Source of the DNA: Sinorhizobium meliloti
GTDB lineage: Bacteria > Pseudomonadota > Alphaproteobacteria > Rhizobiales > Rhizobiaceae
Direction of reading: 5' to 3'
Length of the DNA: 32,000 bases
NCBI RefSeq assembly: GCF_017876815.1
Contig: NZ_JAGIOS010000001.1
Location: 990,001 to 1,022,000 of the forward strand
A program made the translations under genes and the position numbers. This document shows, piece by piece, positions 19,470 to 27,685 of this stretch (within the stretch, counting starts at the first letter, position 1; the number at the start of each line of letters is the position of its first letter). The notes under the pieces are model-generated. The model ran no database searches and was not told where the DNA came from. It was given only the letters and a program-made list of their open reading frames with translations.

Positions 19470-19737
19470 GGACCTGTGGACACTTATGGATAGGGTTTTG
19501 ACGGCCCAAATTGCGAGGGACTTTCGTGGAAAATCCGGCGCCGCAGGCCGTCCGCCTGCAAGCCGGATTTTTCGCGACAAGGCACCGCAATATGGGCCGC
19601 CCGAAGGGTTTTGCACAAATCGCCCACTGCCGGCGGCTTTTCCCTTGCAAAGGGGGCAACCCTTTGCTGCGGAAAAATCCTTGGCATTGACCGATTTGTG
19701 CAAAATCAAACCCCTATCCATAAGTGTCCACAGGTCC
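19470..19737. mobile_element. 268-bp MITE-like non-coding element with 26-bp perfect terminal inverted repeats and two long internal hairpins
   Basis: GGACCTGTGGACACTTATGGATAGGG (19470-19495) is the exact reverse complement of 19712-19737. Internal pairs are 19503-19515/19586-19598 (12/13), 19530-19539/19562-19571 (10/10), 19609-19622/19692-19705 (14/14) and 19647-19654/19660-19667 (8/8). It has no credible ORF and fills the gap between two convergent genes. Confidence 0.55.
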
Positions 19738-19743
19738 TAGGTG

Positions 19744-20196
19744 TCAGCCGAGCCTTGAAAGCAGAGAGGCAAGCGCGCCTGCCTCTTCTTCGCCGAGCTT
19801 TGCGCCGACGTGACGCGCGATCGATGGCCCATAGGTCTGCCACATGCGCTCCCGCATGGCACGGCCCTTCCCGGTGACGACCACCCAGCAGCCGCGCGCG
19901 TCCTCGTCGAATGCCTCTCGCTGCACGAGGCCTTCCTTCTCCAGCCGGTCGATCAGGCGGGACAGGTTGTATTGGGCAAGCAGCGTGCGGGCTTCGATCT
20001 CGAAGGGGCGCAAACGGCCGCCTTCGGCCTTCACGAGCTCCCACAGCACGTCGTACCAGCCAAGCGGCGGCAGGCCCGCCGCCTTGAAGTCCCTTTCGAT
20101 GGCCGAAAGCGCGCGTCGCTGCGCCCGCATCAGACCGATCCATGCCTCCGTCGCGGCAGCGGTCGGCTCGCTGCTATCCGTCCTCTTCACGCCCAT
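19744..20196 (-). CDS. MarR-family transcriptional regulator
   Basis: Winged-HTH region ..YDVLWELVKAEGGRLRPFEIEARTLLAQYNLSRLIDRLEKEGLVQRE..D.RG..V.T.KG. I chose the start at ATG 20196 (MGVKRTD..) because the 20253 start would cover the divergent promoter. Confidence 0.85.
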   Translation of the reverse strand: MGVKRTDSSEPTAAATEAWIGLMRAQRRALSAIERDFKAAGLPPLGWYDVLWELVKAEGGRLRPFEIEARTLLAQYNLSRLIDRLEKEGLVQREAFDEDARGCWVVVTGKGRAMRERMWQTYGPSIARHVGAKLGEEEAGALASLLSRLG

Positions 20197-20255
20197 AGAT
20201 GCACTTACATCTATATTGACGGGTTTGGCAAGCTGCGTTATATGCAGGTGCATCT
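20197..20255 (+). promoter_or_regulatory. GST promoter (ATTGAC-N17-TTATAT) bracketed by an imperfect inverted repeat, likely the MarR operator
   Basis: ATTGAC at 20215-20220 and TTATAT at 20238-20243. AGATGCAC (20197-20204) and GTGCATCT (20248-20255) are perfect complements, and the arms extend to 14/18. AGGAG at 20266-20270 precedes ATG 20277. Confidence 0.45.
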
Positions 20256-20276
20256 AAATACAGACAGGAGACGACC

Positions 20277-20963
20277 ATGACGGCGCAGCTCACCCTGATC
20301 AGCCACCATCTCTGCCCCTATGTGCAACGCGCTGCGATTGCGCTGCACGAAAAAGGCGTACCCTTCGAGCGCGTCGATATCGATCTCGCCAACAAGCCCG
20401 ACTGGTTCCTGAAGATCTCGCCGCTCGGCAAGGTGCCGCTGCTTCGCATTTCACAGGATGGCGGCGAAGCGATCCTCTTCGAGAGCACCGTCATCTGCGA
20501 ATATCTGGAGGAAACACAGGCCGGACCGAAGCTGCACCCCGCCGATCCGCTGGCGCGGGCACGCCATCGCGGCTGGATGGAGTTCGGCTCCGCAATCCTC
20601 TCCGACCTCTGGGTCTACGAAACAACGCAGGACGGCGCCACGCTCGAAGCCAAACGCAACGTGCTCAAGTCGAAGTTCGCGACCGTCGAGGCGGAACTCG
20701 GCAGCGGCCCCTATTTTGCAGGCAGCGCCTTCAGCCTTGTCGACGCCGTCTTCGCGCCGATCTTCCGCTATTTCGACGTGTTCGACACGATTTCCGACAG
20801 CGGCGTCTTTCAGGGCCTGCCGCGCGTCACCGCCTGGCGCGAGGCGCTGGCCGGGAGGCCGAGCGTGAAAGCCGCGGTCGGCGAGGACTACCCGCAGCGG
20901 CTGATGGCCTTCCTCGAGAAGCACGAGGCAGCGCTGCTCAAGACGGAAAGGGTGGCTGCCTGA
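20277..20963 (+). CDS. glutathione S-transferase family protein
   Basis: Thioredoxin-like N-domain with SHHLCPYVQRAAIAL and ..KVPLL....ILFES.VICEYLEE, plus a helical C-domain. 228 aa. Confidence 0.9.
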   Translation: MTAQLTLISHHLCPYVQRAAIALHEKGVPFERVDIDLANKPDWFLKISPLGKVPLLRISQDGGEAILFESTVICEYLEETQAGPKLHPADPLARARHRGWMEFGSAILSDLWVYETTQDGATLEAKRNVLKSKFATVEAELGSGPYFAGSAFSLVDAVFAPIFRYFDVFDTISDSGVFQGLPRVTAWREALAGRPSVKAAVGEDYPQRLMAFLEKHEAALLKTERVAA

Positions 20964-21033
20964 AGGAGCTTCTGTTTTCGGCGGAACCGGTCTAAAACCG
21001 CTGACATCCGCAAGAAGACGCGCAGGAGCAGCC

Positions 21034-22290
21034 ATGAACGCCCCCCTCCAATCCACAAGGAATCCAATCGATCCGGTCAAGCTCGAAAAGCTCGCCGAGG
21101 TCGCCATCAAGGTCGGTTTGCAATTGCAGAAGGGCCAGGATCTGGTGATGACCGCGCCGATCGCGGCGCTGCCGCTCGTGCGCCTTATCACCAAACACGC
21201 CTATATGGCAGGCGCCGGACTGGTGACGACCTTCTATGCCGACGAGGAAGCGACGCTTGCCCGCTATGCCCATGCGCCGGACGAGAGTTTCGACCGCGCC
21301 AGCGACTGGCTTTACGAGGGCATGGCCAAGGCCTATGCGGGAGGTGCTGCGCGCCTCGCCATCGCCGGCGACAACCCGATGCTGCTTTCGGCTCAGGATC
21401 CGGCGAAGGTCGCCCGCGCCAACAAGGCGAACTCGATCGCCTACAAGCCGGCGCTCGAGAAGATCTCCAACTTCGACATCAACTGGAACATCGTCTCCTA
21501 TCCGAACCCCTCCTGGGCGAAGCAGATGTTCCCTGACGATCCCGAGGCGGTTGCCGTGGAAAAGCTGGCAAATGCCATCTTCGCCGCCTCGCGCGTCGAC
21601 GTCGGCGATCCGATCGCCGCCTGGAAAGAGCACAATGCCAATCTGCACCGCCGTTCGGCCTGGCTGGACGAGGAGCGCTTCGCCGCGCTGCATTTCACCG
21701 GCCCCGGCACCGACCTCACCGTCGGGCTGGCGGACGGCCACGAATGGCATGGCGGCGCCTCGGTCGCCAAGAACGGCATCACCTGCAATCCGAACATCCC
21801 GACGGAAGAGGTCTTCACTACGCCGCATGCGCTGCGCGTCGAAGGCCATGTGTCGAGCACGAAGCCGCTCTCCCATCAGGGCACGCTGATCGACAATATC
21901 CAGGTGCGCTTCGAAGCCGGCCGCATCGTCGAGGCCAGGGCGTCACGCGGCGAGGAGGTGCTGAACAAGGTGCTCGACACCGACGAGGGCGCCCGAAGGC
22001 TGGGCGAAGTGGCGCTGGTGCCCCATTCCTCTCCGATCTCGGCCAGCGGCGTCCTCTTCTACAACACCCTCTTCGACGAGAACGCCTCCTGCCACATCGC
22101 GCTCGGCCAGTGCTATTCGAAGTGCTTCCTCGACGGGGCGAGCCTCAGCCAGGAGCAGATCCGCGCCCAGGGCGGCAATTCGAGCCTGATCCATATCGAC
22201 TGGATGATCGGCTCGGGCGAGGTGGACATCGACGGGGTTCGTGCGGACGGCGCCCGTGTGCCCGTCATGCGCAAAGGCGAGTGGGCCTGA
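21034..22290 (+). CDS. M29-family aminopeptidase (AmpS/PepS type)
   Basis: 418 aa. N-terminus ..LEKLAEVAIKVGLQLQKGQDL.. and the regions EEVFTTP, GEVALVP and CHIALG are typical of thermophilic-metalloprotease M29 aminopeptidases. Confidence 0.92.
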   Translation: MNAPLQSTRNPIDPVKLEKLAEVAIKVGLQLQKGQDLVMTAPIAALPLVRLITKHAYMAGAGLVTTFYADEEATLARYAHAPDESFDRASDWLYEGMAKAYAGGAARLAIAGDNPMLLSAQDPAKVARANKANSIAYKPALEKISNFDINWNIVSYPNPSWAKQMFPDDPEAVAVEKLANAIFAASRVDVGDPIAAWKEHNANLHRRSAWLDEERFAALHFTGPGTDLTVGLADGHEWHGGASVAKNGITCNPNIPTEEVFTTPHALRVEGHVSSTKPLSHQGTLIDNIQVRFEAGRIVEARASRGEEVLNKVLDTDEGARRLGEVALVPHSSPISASGVLFYNTLFDENASCHIALGQCYSKCFLDGASLSQEQIRAQGGNSSLIHIDWMIGSGEVDIDGVRADGARVPVMRKGEWA

Positions 22291-22329
22291 CACTACGGGG
22301 CCGATGAGCCCCTCAACCGCCTGCCGGCA

Positions 22330-22355
22330 CCTTCTCCCCGCAGGCGGGGAGAAGG
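22330..22355. repeat. G/C-rich palindromic intergenic repeat (CCTTCTCCCCG-cagg-CGGGGAGAAGG), probable bidirectional terminator
   Basis: An 11-bp perfect stem with a 4-nt loop between convergent genes. Its translation (..SPRLRGEGAG..) is the spurious peptide commonly produced by a rhizobial repeat family (from memory). Confidence 0.6.
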
Positions 22356-22528
22356 GACAAGCGGCCCCAACTGAACCCCGCACTCACCGCCCGCCCGAGG
22401 GAGCGAACGGGCGCGGCATATCCCTTCTTGCTTCCTTGTGTTCGTTACGCCGGCTTGTTGCCGCCAAGCGTGGAGACGGTTCCCGCCAGAGGAGTATATG
22501 TCCCTACTAGCTCGCTCGGGGGAGAGGG

Positions 22529-23401
22529 TTAGGGGGCGGCTGCCGCGCGGCGAGCGGTCTGTGCGTACTGGCTCATCCACACGCTTGCGAAGACGGTTGC
22601 GATCCCAAGCACCTGCACTGCCGTCAGCTGCTGATCGAGCACGCCCCAGCCGATGAGAATCGCGACGACGGGGCTCAAGAAGCCGAGCGGCGAAACCTGG
22701 GAGGGTTCGAGCCGCGACAGCCCCCGGAACCAGAGAAGGTAGGTGAAGGCGGTGCCGATCAGGCCGAGATAGGTAAAGCCCATAATGTTTGCGGCAGTGA
22801 GCGGCGGCAAAGAGGGTTCCAGCAGGAAGGTGACCGGCACCAGAAGCAGCCCGCCGGCCGCCAATTGCCAGGCGGTGAAGGTGAGCGGCGAGACCGGCGG
22901 CGTCCAGTGTCGGCTCAGCACGGTGCCGAAAGCCATGGAGACGGCGCCTGCCAAGCCGGCCGCGACGCCCACCGGATCCAGCGCCGCTTTTGGCGTCAGC
23001 ACCAGGAGCGCGACCCCCGCCATGCCGGCAATGCCGGCAACGACGCTCAACGCCCGGGCCGGCGAGCCGAGAACGATGCGCGACAGGACGATCACGATCA
23101 GCGGCTGAATGGCTCCGACGGTTGCGGCTACACCGCCGGGCAGCCGGTAGGCGGATACGAAAAGCATCGTTTGAAAGAACGAGAAGTTGAGCGCGCCGAG
23201 CACGAAACTGCGCGCCAACCACACACCCGTCGGCATCTGCCGGACGACAAGCAGCAGCAGCAGTCCTGCCGGAAGCGCCCTCAGCATTGCGACCGTGACC
23301 GGGTAACCGGCCGGCAGGAATTCCGTTGTGACCAGATAGGTACTGCCCCATATGGCCGGCGCTATGGCCGTGAGCAGAATTTCGGTGCTGCGCGTACCCA
23401 T
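22529..23401 (-). CDS. EamA-family (DMT superfamily) transporter
   Basis: 290 aa with about ten hydrophobic segments. The N-terminus ..AIAPAIWGSTYLVT.. is typical of duplicated EamA domains. Confidence 0.9.
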   Translation of the reverse strand: MGTRSTEILLTAIAPAIWGSTYLVTTEFLPAGYPVTVAMLRALPAGLLLLLVVRQMPTGVWLARSFVLGALNFSFFQTMLFVSAYRLPGGVAATVGAIQPLIVIVLSRIVLGSPARALSVVAGIAGMAGVALLVLTPKAALDPVGVAAGLAGAVSMAFGTVLSRHWTPPVSPLTFTAWQLAAGGLLLVPVTFLLEPSLPPLTAANIMGFTYLGLIGTAFTYLLWFRGLSRLEPSQVSPLGFLSPVVAILIGWGVLDQQLTAVQVLGIATVFASVWMSQYAQTARRAAAAP

Positions 23402-23446
23402 CTCTTCACCTCAAGAATCTTTAGATCAAGATAACTCTACTCCAAT

Positions 23447-23466
23447 GTATCTTGACGTCAAGATAC
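23447..23466. promoter_or_regulatory. 20-bp perfect palindrome GTATCTTGACGTCAAGATAC, likely the MarR operator overlapping back-to-back -35 hexamers
   Basis: It is perfectly self-complementary and contains CTTGAC on both strands (CTTGACGTCAAG). An extra half-site TCAAGATA lies at 23425-23432. It sits between the divergent EamA and MarR genes. Confidence 0.6.
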
Positions 23467-23514
23467 ATGGAGGCTACGACTTCGGGAAGGTCGAAACGTT
23501 CACTCAGGCCGCTG

Positions 23515-24009
23515 ATGCAGACGGATATGGATCACGTTGACAAAATCCTGGCGCAGTGGCGCAGAGAGCGGCCGGAGCTCGATGCGACAGCCATGGGTCT
23601 GCTCGGTCGACTGTCGCGGCTCCGGGCTCATCTCGCTCGTGAGGTGGAAAGCACCCTTGCCGATCACGGCTTGAACTCGGCGAGTTTCGACGTGCTCGCA
23701 ACGCTGCGGCGCTCCGGTCCGCCCTTCCGGCTCTCGCCGGGCGATCTGCTGGGAACGACGATGGTCACCTCCGGCACGATGACCAACCGCATCGACCAGC
23801 TCGAGAAAGCCGGGCTGGTCGAACGCCTGGACAATCCGGAAGACCGGCGCGGTGTCCTCATCGCTCTGACACCGGAGGGTCTCAAGCGCGTGGACGCGGC
23901 GGTCACTGCCCATGTCGCCAACCAGCAGCGCCTCGTTGCGGGCCTCGAACCCGATGAACGGGAGGCTCTGGACGCGCTGCTCAGGAAATTCCTCGCGGTC
24001 TTCGAATAG
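23515..24009 (+). CDS. MarR-family transcriptional regulator
   Basis: ..VDKILAQWRRERPELD..LGRLSRL.. and the winged HTH FDVLATLRRSG.PFRLSPGDL....MVTSGTMTNRIDQLEKAGLVER..NPEDRRGVLI.LT.EG. The start could be 23515 or 23527. The ORF-track TTG at 23452 lies inside the operator palindrome. Confidence 0.85.
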   Translation: MQTDMDHVDKILAQWRRERPELDATAMGLLGRLSRLRAHLAREVESTLADHGLNSASFDVLATLRRSGPPFRLSPGDLLGTTMVTSGTMTNRIDQLEKAGLVERLDNPEDRRGVLIALTPEGLKRVDAAVTAHVANQQRLVAGLEPDEREALDALLRKFLAVFE

Positions 24010-24017
24010 GTCGCCGG

Positions 24018-24608
24018 TCAGATCCGGCTCACCAGAGCCCTCACACGCTCGATATGACGCTTCCGCTTCGCCTCCGTCACCCGATCCATGTCGTGCAGAG
24101 TGACCATGCGGAAGTCGAGCCCCTTGCCGCAGAAGGCGGCGATGCCGCGCTTCAGCAGCCGCCGCACCGGATTTCCCATGTAGAGATGCACGACCCACCA
24201 GGGGGACCCGGTACTGGTCAGCGCCCAGAATAGCCTGATGTTGCGGAGGCGGGGAACGATACGGCCGCCTGCCGCATCATGGTCGAAAGCGACCCCGGGC
24301 GCGAAGACGCGATCGAAGAAGCCCTTGAGGATCGCCGGGAAATTGAACCACCATTGCGGAAAGACGAGCACGAGTCCGTCCGCAGCCCTCAGCCGCTCGA
24401 TCCAGGGGGAGACCCCGGAGGCGTCGTAATCTTTATCGAAATAACTGCCCCGCTCGGCCACGGTCAGCCGCGGATCGAAGCCTTCGCGATAAAGGTCGAG
24501 CAGATCGACCGTATGGCCCCTGGCCTCGAGCGTTTCCCGGGCAATGCGGGCGACACTCGCAGCGAAGCTCTCCTCGAGCGGATGGGCGAGCACCATCAGG
24601 ATATGCAT
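24018..24608 (-). CDS. flavodoxin-like NAD(P)H-dependent (quinone) oxidoreductase
   Basis: [10 protein letters not shown].. and ..LVLVFPQWWFNFPAILKGFFDRV.. are signatures of the Flavodoxin_2 / NQO-KefF-MdaB group. Its start overlaps the xseA stop (TGATG). Confidence 0.88.
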   Translation of the reverse strand: MHILMVLAHPLEESFAASVARIARETLEARGHTVDLLDLYREGFDPRLTVAERGSYFDKDYDASGVSPWIERLRAADGLVLVFPQWWFNFPAILKGFFDRVFAPGVAFDHDAAGGRIVPRLRNIRLFWALTSTGSPWWVVHLYMGNPVRRLLKRGIAAFCGKGLDFRMVTLHDMDRVTEAKRKRHIERVRALVSRI

Positions 24609-26188
24609 CAGAAGAGGCTGCCCTGCTTCGTCGGCTCGCCGGAGCGTGCAGGCCGCTTCTTCGGCGACTGCGGCGCAGTGCCGTCCTCGCCGGCGACCGC
24701 CGCGATGCGGCCATCGGCGAATTCCAGCGAAAGCGCCATCCCGGGATGCACGGCAGCCGCCTGTTTAACCGGCTCGCCCGCGGCATCGCGCACCAGCGCG
24801 AAGCCGCGCTGCAGGACGCTGTGATAGGAGAGCGACTGCAGCACGCGGTCCTGTGCTGCAAGCGCGCTTTTCATCCTGCGCAGATCGGCGGCGATCGCCG
24901 CATCCCCACGCCTGCCCAGGCTGGAAACGCGATCCGATGCGCGATGAATCTGGCCGATCAGCCGCGACGGCAGAACGCGGAGCGAGGCATCGGCAGACGA
25001 AATGCGCTGAGCGCCACGTTGAACCTTACGCTCGACGATGCGCTCGGCCCGGTTGACGGCATCCAAGACGCGCTGACGGCGATCGACGATCCTTGCCGTC
25101 AGGAGCTCCGGCCGGAGATGGGCCGCATTGCGTTCGAAGCTTCGCCGCTTGTTGGCGGTGTTCATCTGCAGGCCGCGGCCGAGTCCGGCGGCCGCCTCGT
25201 CGAAGCGACGCCGAGGCAAGGCGAGCAATTGGTCGAGCGAGGGTAGCGCCCGCGCAAGCGAGCGCAGCGTCTGGCGGCGATTGTCCATCTGCCGCGCCGC
25301 GGCGCCCTTGAGCCGGGCTGCGAGACTGGCGAGCTGGGCCTCGAGATCGGCCTTCACCGGCACCGCCATTTCGGCCGCACCGGTCGGCGTCGGCGCCCGC
25401 TGGTCGGCCGCATGGTCGATCAGCGTCCAGTCCGTCTCGTGACCGACGGCCGAGATCAGAGGGATGGCGGAAGCCGCCGCGGCGCGCACCATCGCCTCGT
25501 CGTTGAAGCACCAGAGATCCTCGAGGCTGCCGCCGCCGCGCGCGACGATCAGCACGTCGGGCCGGGGAATGGAGCCGCCCGGCTGCAGCGCGTTGAAACC
25601 CTCGATCGCCGCCACGATCTCCTCGCAGGCGCCGTCGCCCTGCACGCGCACCGGCCAGACGATGACATGGACCGGGAAACGGTCGGCAATGCGGTGCAGG
25701 ATGTCGCGGATCACAGCTCCGGTCGGCGAGGTCACGACGCCGACGACCCTCGGCATGAAAGGCAGCGGCCGCTTGCGGCCCGCATCGAAAAGGCCCTCCG
25801 CCGCAAGCTTGCGCTTGCGTTCCTCGATAAGCGCCATCAGCGCCCCGGCACCGGCCGGCTCAAGCGAGTCGATGACGATCTGATATTTGGACGAGCCGGG
25901 GAAGGTCGTGACCCTGCCGGTCGCGATGACCTCCATCCCCTCCTCCGGCCGGAACTTCAGCCGCGCGAAGGTGGTCTTCCAGACGACCGCATCGATGCGG
26001 GCGCGATCGTCCTTCAGGGCGAAATAAGCGTGTCCCGAGGAATGCGGGCCGCGGTAGCCGGAAATCTCGCCCCGCACCCGGACATGCTCGAAGGCCTGCT
26101 CGACCGTGCGCTTGATCGAGCCGGACAATTCCGACACCGAATATTCGGCGACGTTGGAGGGAGATTCGGAATCAAAGAACGAAGTCAT
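24608..26188 (-). CDS. xseA: exodeoxyribonuclease VII large subunit
   Basis: 526 aa. N-terminal OB fold (..[35 protein letters not shown]), catalytic core (..RGGGS.EDLW.FNDE..) and a long coiled-coil C-terminus. Confidence 0.95.
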
Positions 26189-26306
26189 GCGTCACTTGTA
26201 GCCGACACCGCGGCGAAGATCAGCAGTGAGGCGTAGCTATCTGCGGATTTTCTGCATCGTTTCACTGTTTCATCGAACCAGCGAAACGATCTTCCGGACG
26301 GAAAAC

Positions 26307-27098
26307 CTATTGGACGTCGCGCCCGCCCTGCCCGAAGAAGCGCCGGGTCGCGTCGTCGGCCGGAAAGAAGGATTCGATCAGAACGCCCTCAACAAGCGCG
26401 TCCTGAGTCGAGCCGAAGGTCGAGAGCGTCGTGATGAAGCTAAGCGCCGCGTCACCGAGGCGCAGCTCGATGGGCAGCACCGGCAAGCGGTCTGTCGCCG
26501 GGAAGTTCTCGATCGCCACCGCCACCGCCGGGTCGGCAACCAGCCTGTTCAGCCTGCGCTGCAAGGGGCTGCGCGGCCCCTGCAGCCACGCCTCCATGCG
26601 AACCCGCTGAACGAGATCGGCTGCGGCGGCTTCCCAATTGACCACGAGGCTGCGGACGCTCTCTGCACCGAGAAAGCCGTCGAGGAAGTTCTCCCCCGGC
26701 TTGAACGGAACGCCCGTGGCGTCGACGAGCGCCTGGAAAGCCGGATTGGTCAGCAGCACCGTATACTGGTGGTCGAAAACGAGGCCCGGATAGGGATCGT
26801 GCCGGTCGAGCATCAGCCGGATGGCATGGGCGACGGCCTGAGGCATTGCATCGAGGCCCGTTGCCGGCCGCGCCGCAACGCGCGGCCGGTAGCCCGCCGC
26901 GGTGAAAAGCGTGCCCTGTTCGCGCGCGGGGACGTCGAGAACCGAGGCGAGCCGCAGGATCATTCCCTCGGACGGCTTGGAGCGGCCCGTCTCCAGAAAC
27001 GATAGATGGCGCGCGGAAATGCCCGCCGCCATCGCGAGATCGAGTTGGCTCATGCGGCGATGTCCTCGCCATTCCTTCAGGCGGCTGCCGAATTCCAT
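26307..27098 (-). CDS. XRE-family HTH regulator with MmyB-like ligand-binding domain
   Basis: N-terminal HTH LKEWRGHRRMSQLDLAMAAGISARHLSFLETGRSKPS followed by a ~180-aa MmyB-like C-domain. ATG 27098 (MEFGSRL). Confidence 0.85.
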   Translation of the reverse strand: MEFGSRLKEWRGHRRMSQLDLAMAAGISARHLSFLETGRSKPSEGMILRLASVLDVPAREQGTLFTAAGYRPRVAARPATGLDAMPQAVAHAIRLMLDRHDPYPGLVFDHQYTVLLTNPAFQALVDATGVPFKPGENFLDGFLGAESVRSLVVNWEAAAADLVQRVRMEAWLQGPRSPLQRRLNRLVADPAVAVAIENFPATDRLPVLPIELRLGDAALSFITTLSTFGSTQDALVEGVLIESFFPADDATRRFFGQGGRDVQ

Positions 27099-27214
27099 TG
27101 ATATCTTCCCTGTTGCGGGGGGGCAGCCTCGCCCGAACGCGGCACAAAATCCATTACCTCGGAGGTAATTGGTTTGATGACCGCTCTGGTCCAGCATCTG
27201 CCCATCGACAACCG

Positions 27215-27637
27215 ATGGAGACAGACATGTTCGATCTTGCCACCCGCTCTCTTCTCAACAAGACGTTTCTCGCCGACGGCATCTTTTCGCTGATCGCCGG
27301 CTCGGCTCTCCTCGCGGCAGCGCAGCCGCTGGCGGCGGTCGTCAGCCCCGCCCTATCGCCTGCGGTGATCATGGCGCTCGGCGCCGGGCTCCTCGTCTGG
27401 GGCGCCTTCCACCTCGCCACGGCCAGAAAAGGAGGGCCGAGCGCCCTCGCAACACGGATCAGCATCACCGGAGACATCCTGTGGCAGGTCGGAAGCCTCG
27501 CCATTCTTGCGTCTGCCTATTCCGCCTTGACGGTCGCTGGAATGGCGCTGATCGTCGTTGCCATGGTCGGTGTCGCCGACTTCCTCTTCTTCAAGATGCG
27601 GGGCGCGTCTCAGGCGCGGCTGCTCCAGGCCGCATGA
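27215..27637 (+). CDS. small integral membrane protein of unknown function
   Basis: It is divergent from the MmyB-type regulator and has three to four hydrophobic helices (..GIFSLIAGSALLAAA.., ..VIMALGAGLLVWGAF.., ..ILWQVGSLAILA.., ..MALIVVAMVGVADFLFF). ATG 27215 or 27227 (GGAGA precedes the latter). Confidence 0.65.
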   Translation: METDMFDLATRSLLNKTFLADGIFSLIAGSALLAAAQPLAAVVSPALSPAVIMALGAGLLVWGAFHLATARKGGPSALATRISITGDILWQVGSLAILASAYSALTVAGMALIVVAMVGVADFLFFKMRGASQARLLQAA

Positions 27638-27641
27638 ATGG

Positions 27642-27672
27642 ATAGGCCCGGCGCAACGTGCGCCGGGCCTAT
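27642..27672. terminator. 14-bp perfect GC-rich hairpin between convergent genes (bidirectional terminator candidate)
   Basis: ATAGGCCCGGCGCA (27642-27655), loop ACG, then TGCGCCGGGCCTAT (27659-27672). It starts 5 nt after one stop and ends 14 nt before the other. Confidence 0.6.
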
Positions 27673-27685
27673 CCTTTAGCCGGCT

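Noticed and set aside
18586-19659. 357-aa minus-strand ORF spanning the ArsC-family gene, ybaK and part of the MITE-like element
   Set aside because: It is antisense to two well-supported genes and runs into non-coding repeat DNA, with no family signature.
19458-19740. Three short ORFs (84-87 aa, both strands) inside the 268-bp inverted-repeat element
   Set aside because: They mirror each other because of the palindromic structure and lack an RBS. Their low-complexity translations are better explained by non-coding structured DNA.
22293-23351. 352-aa minus-strand ORF overlapping the EamA gene in another frame, and the similar ORFs at 29221-30435 (-) and 27869-29107 (+)
   Set aside because: They are alternative-frame or antisense shadows of the EamA transporter, the AKR/hypothetical genes and the Gfo/Idh/MocA gene. 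Their sequences are Arg/Pro/Gly-rich.
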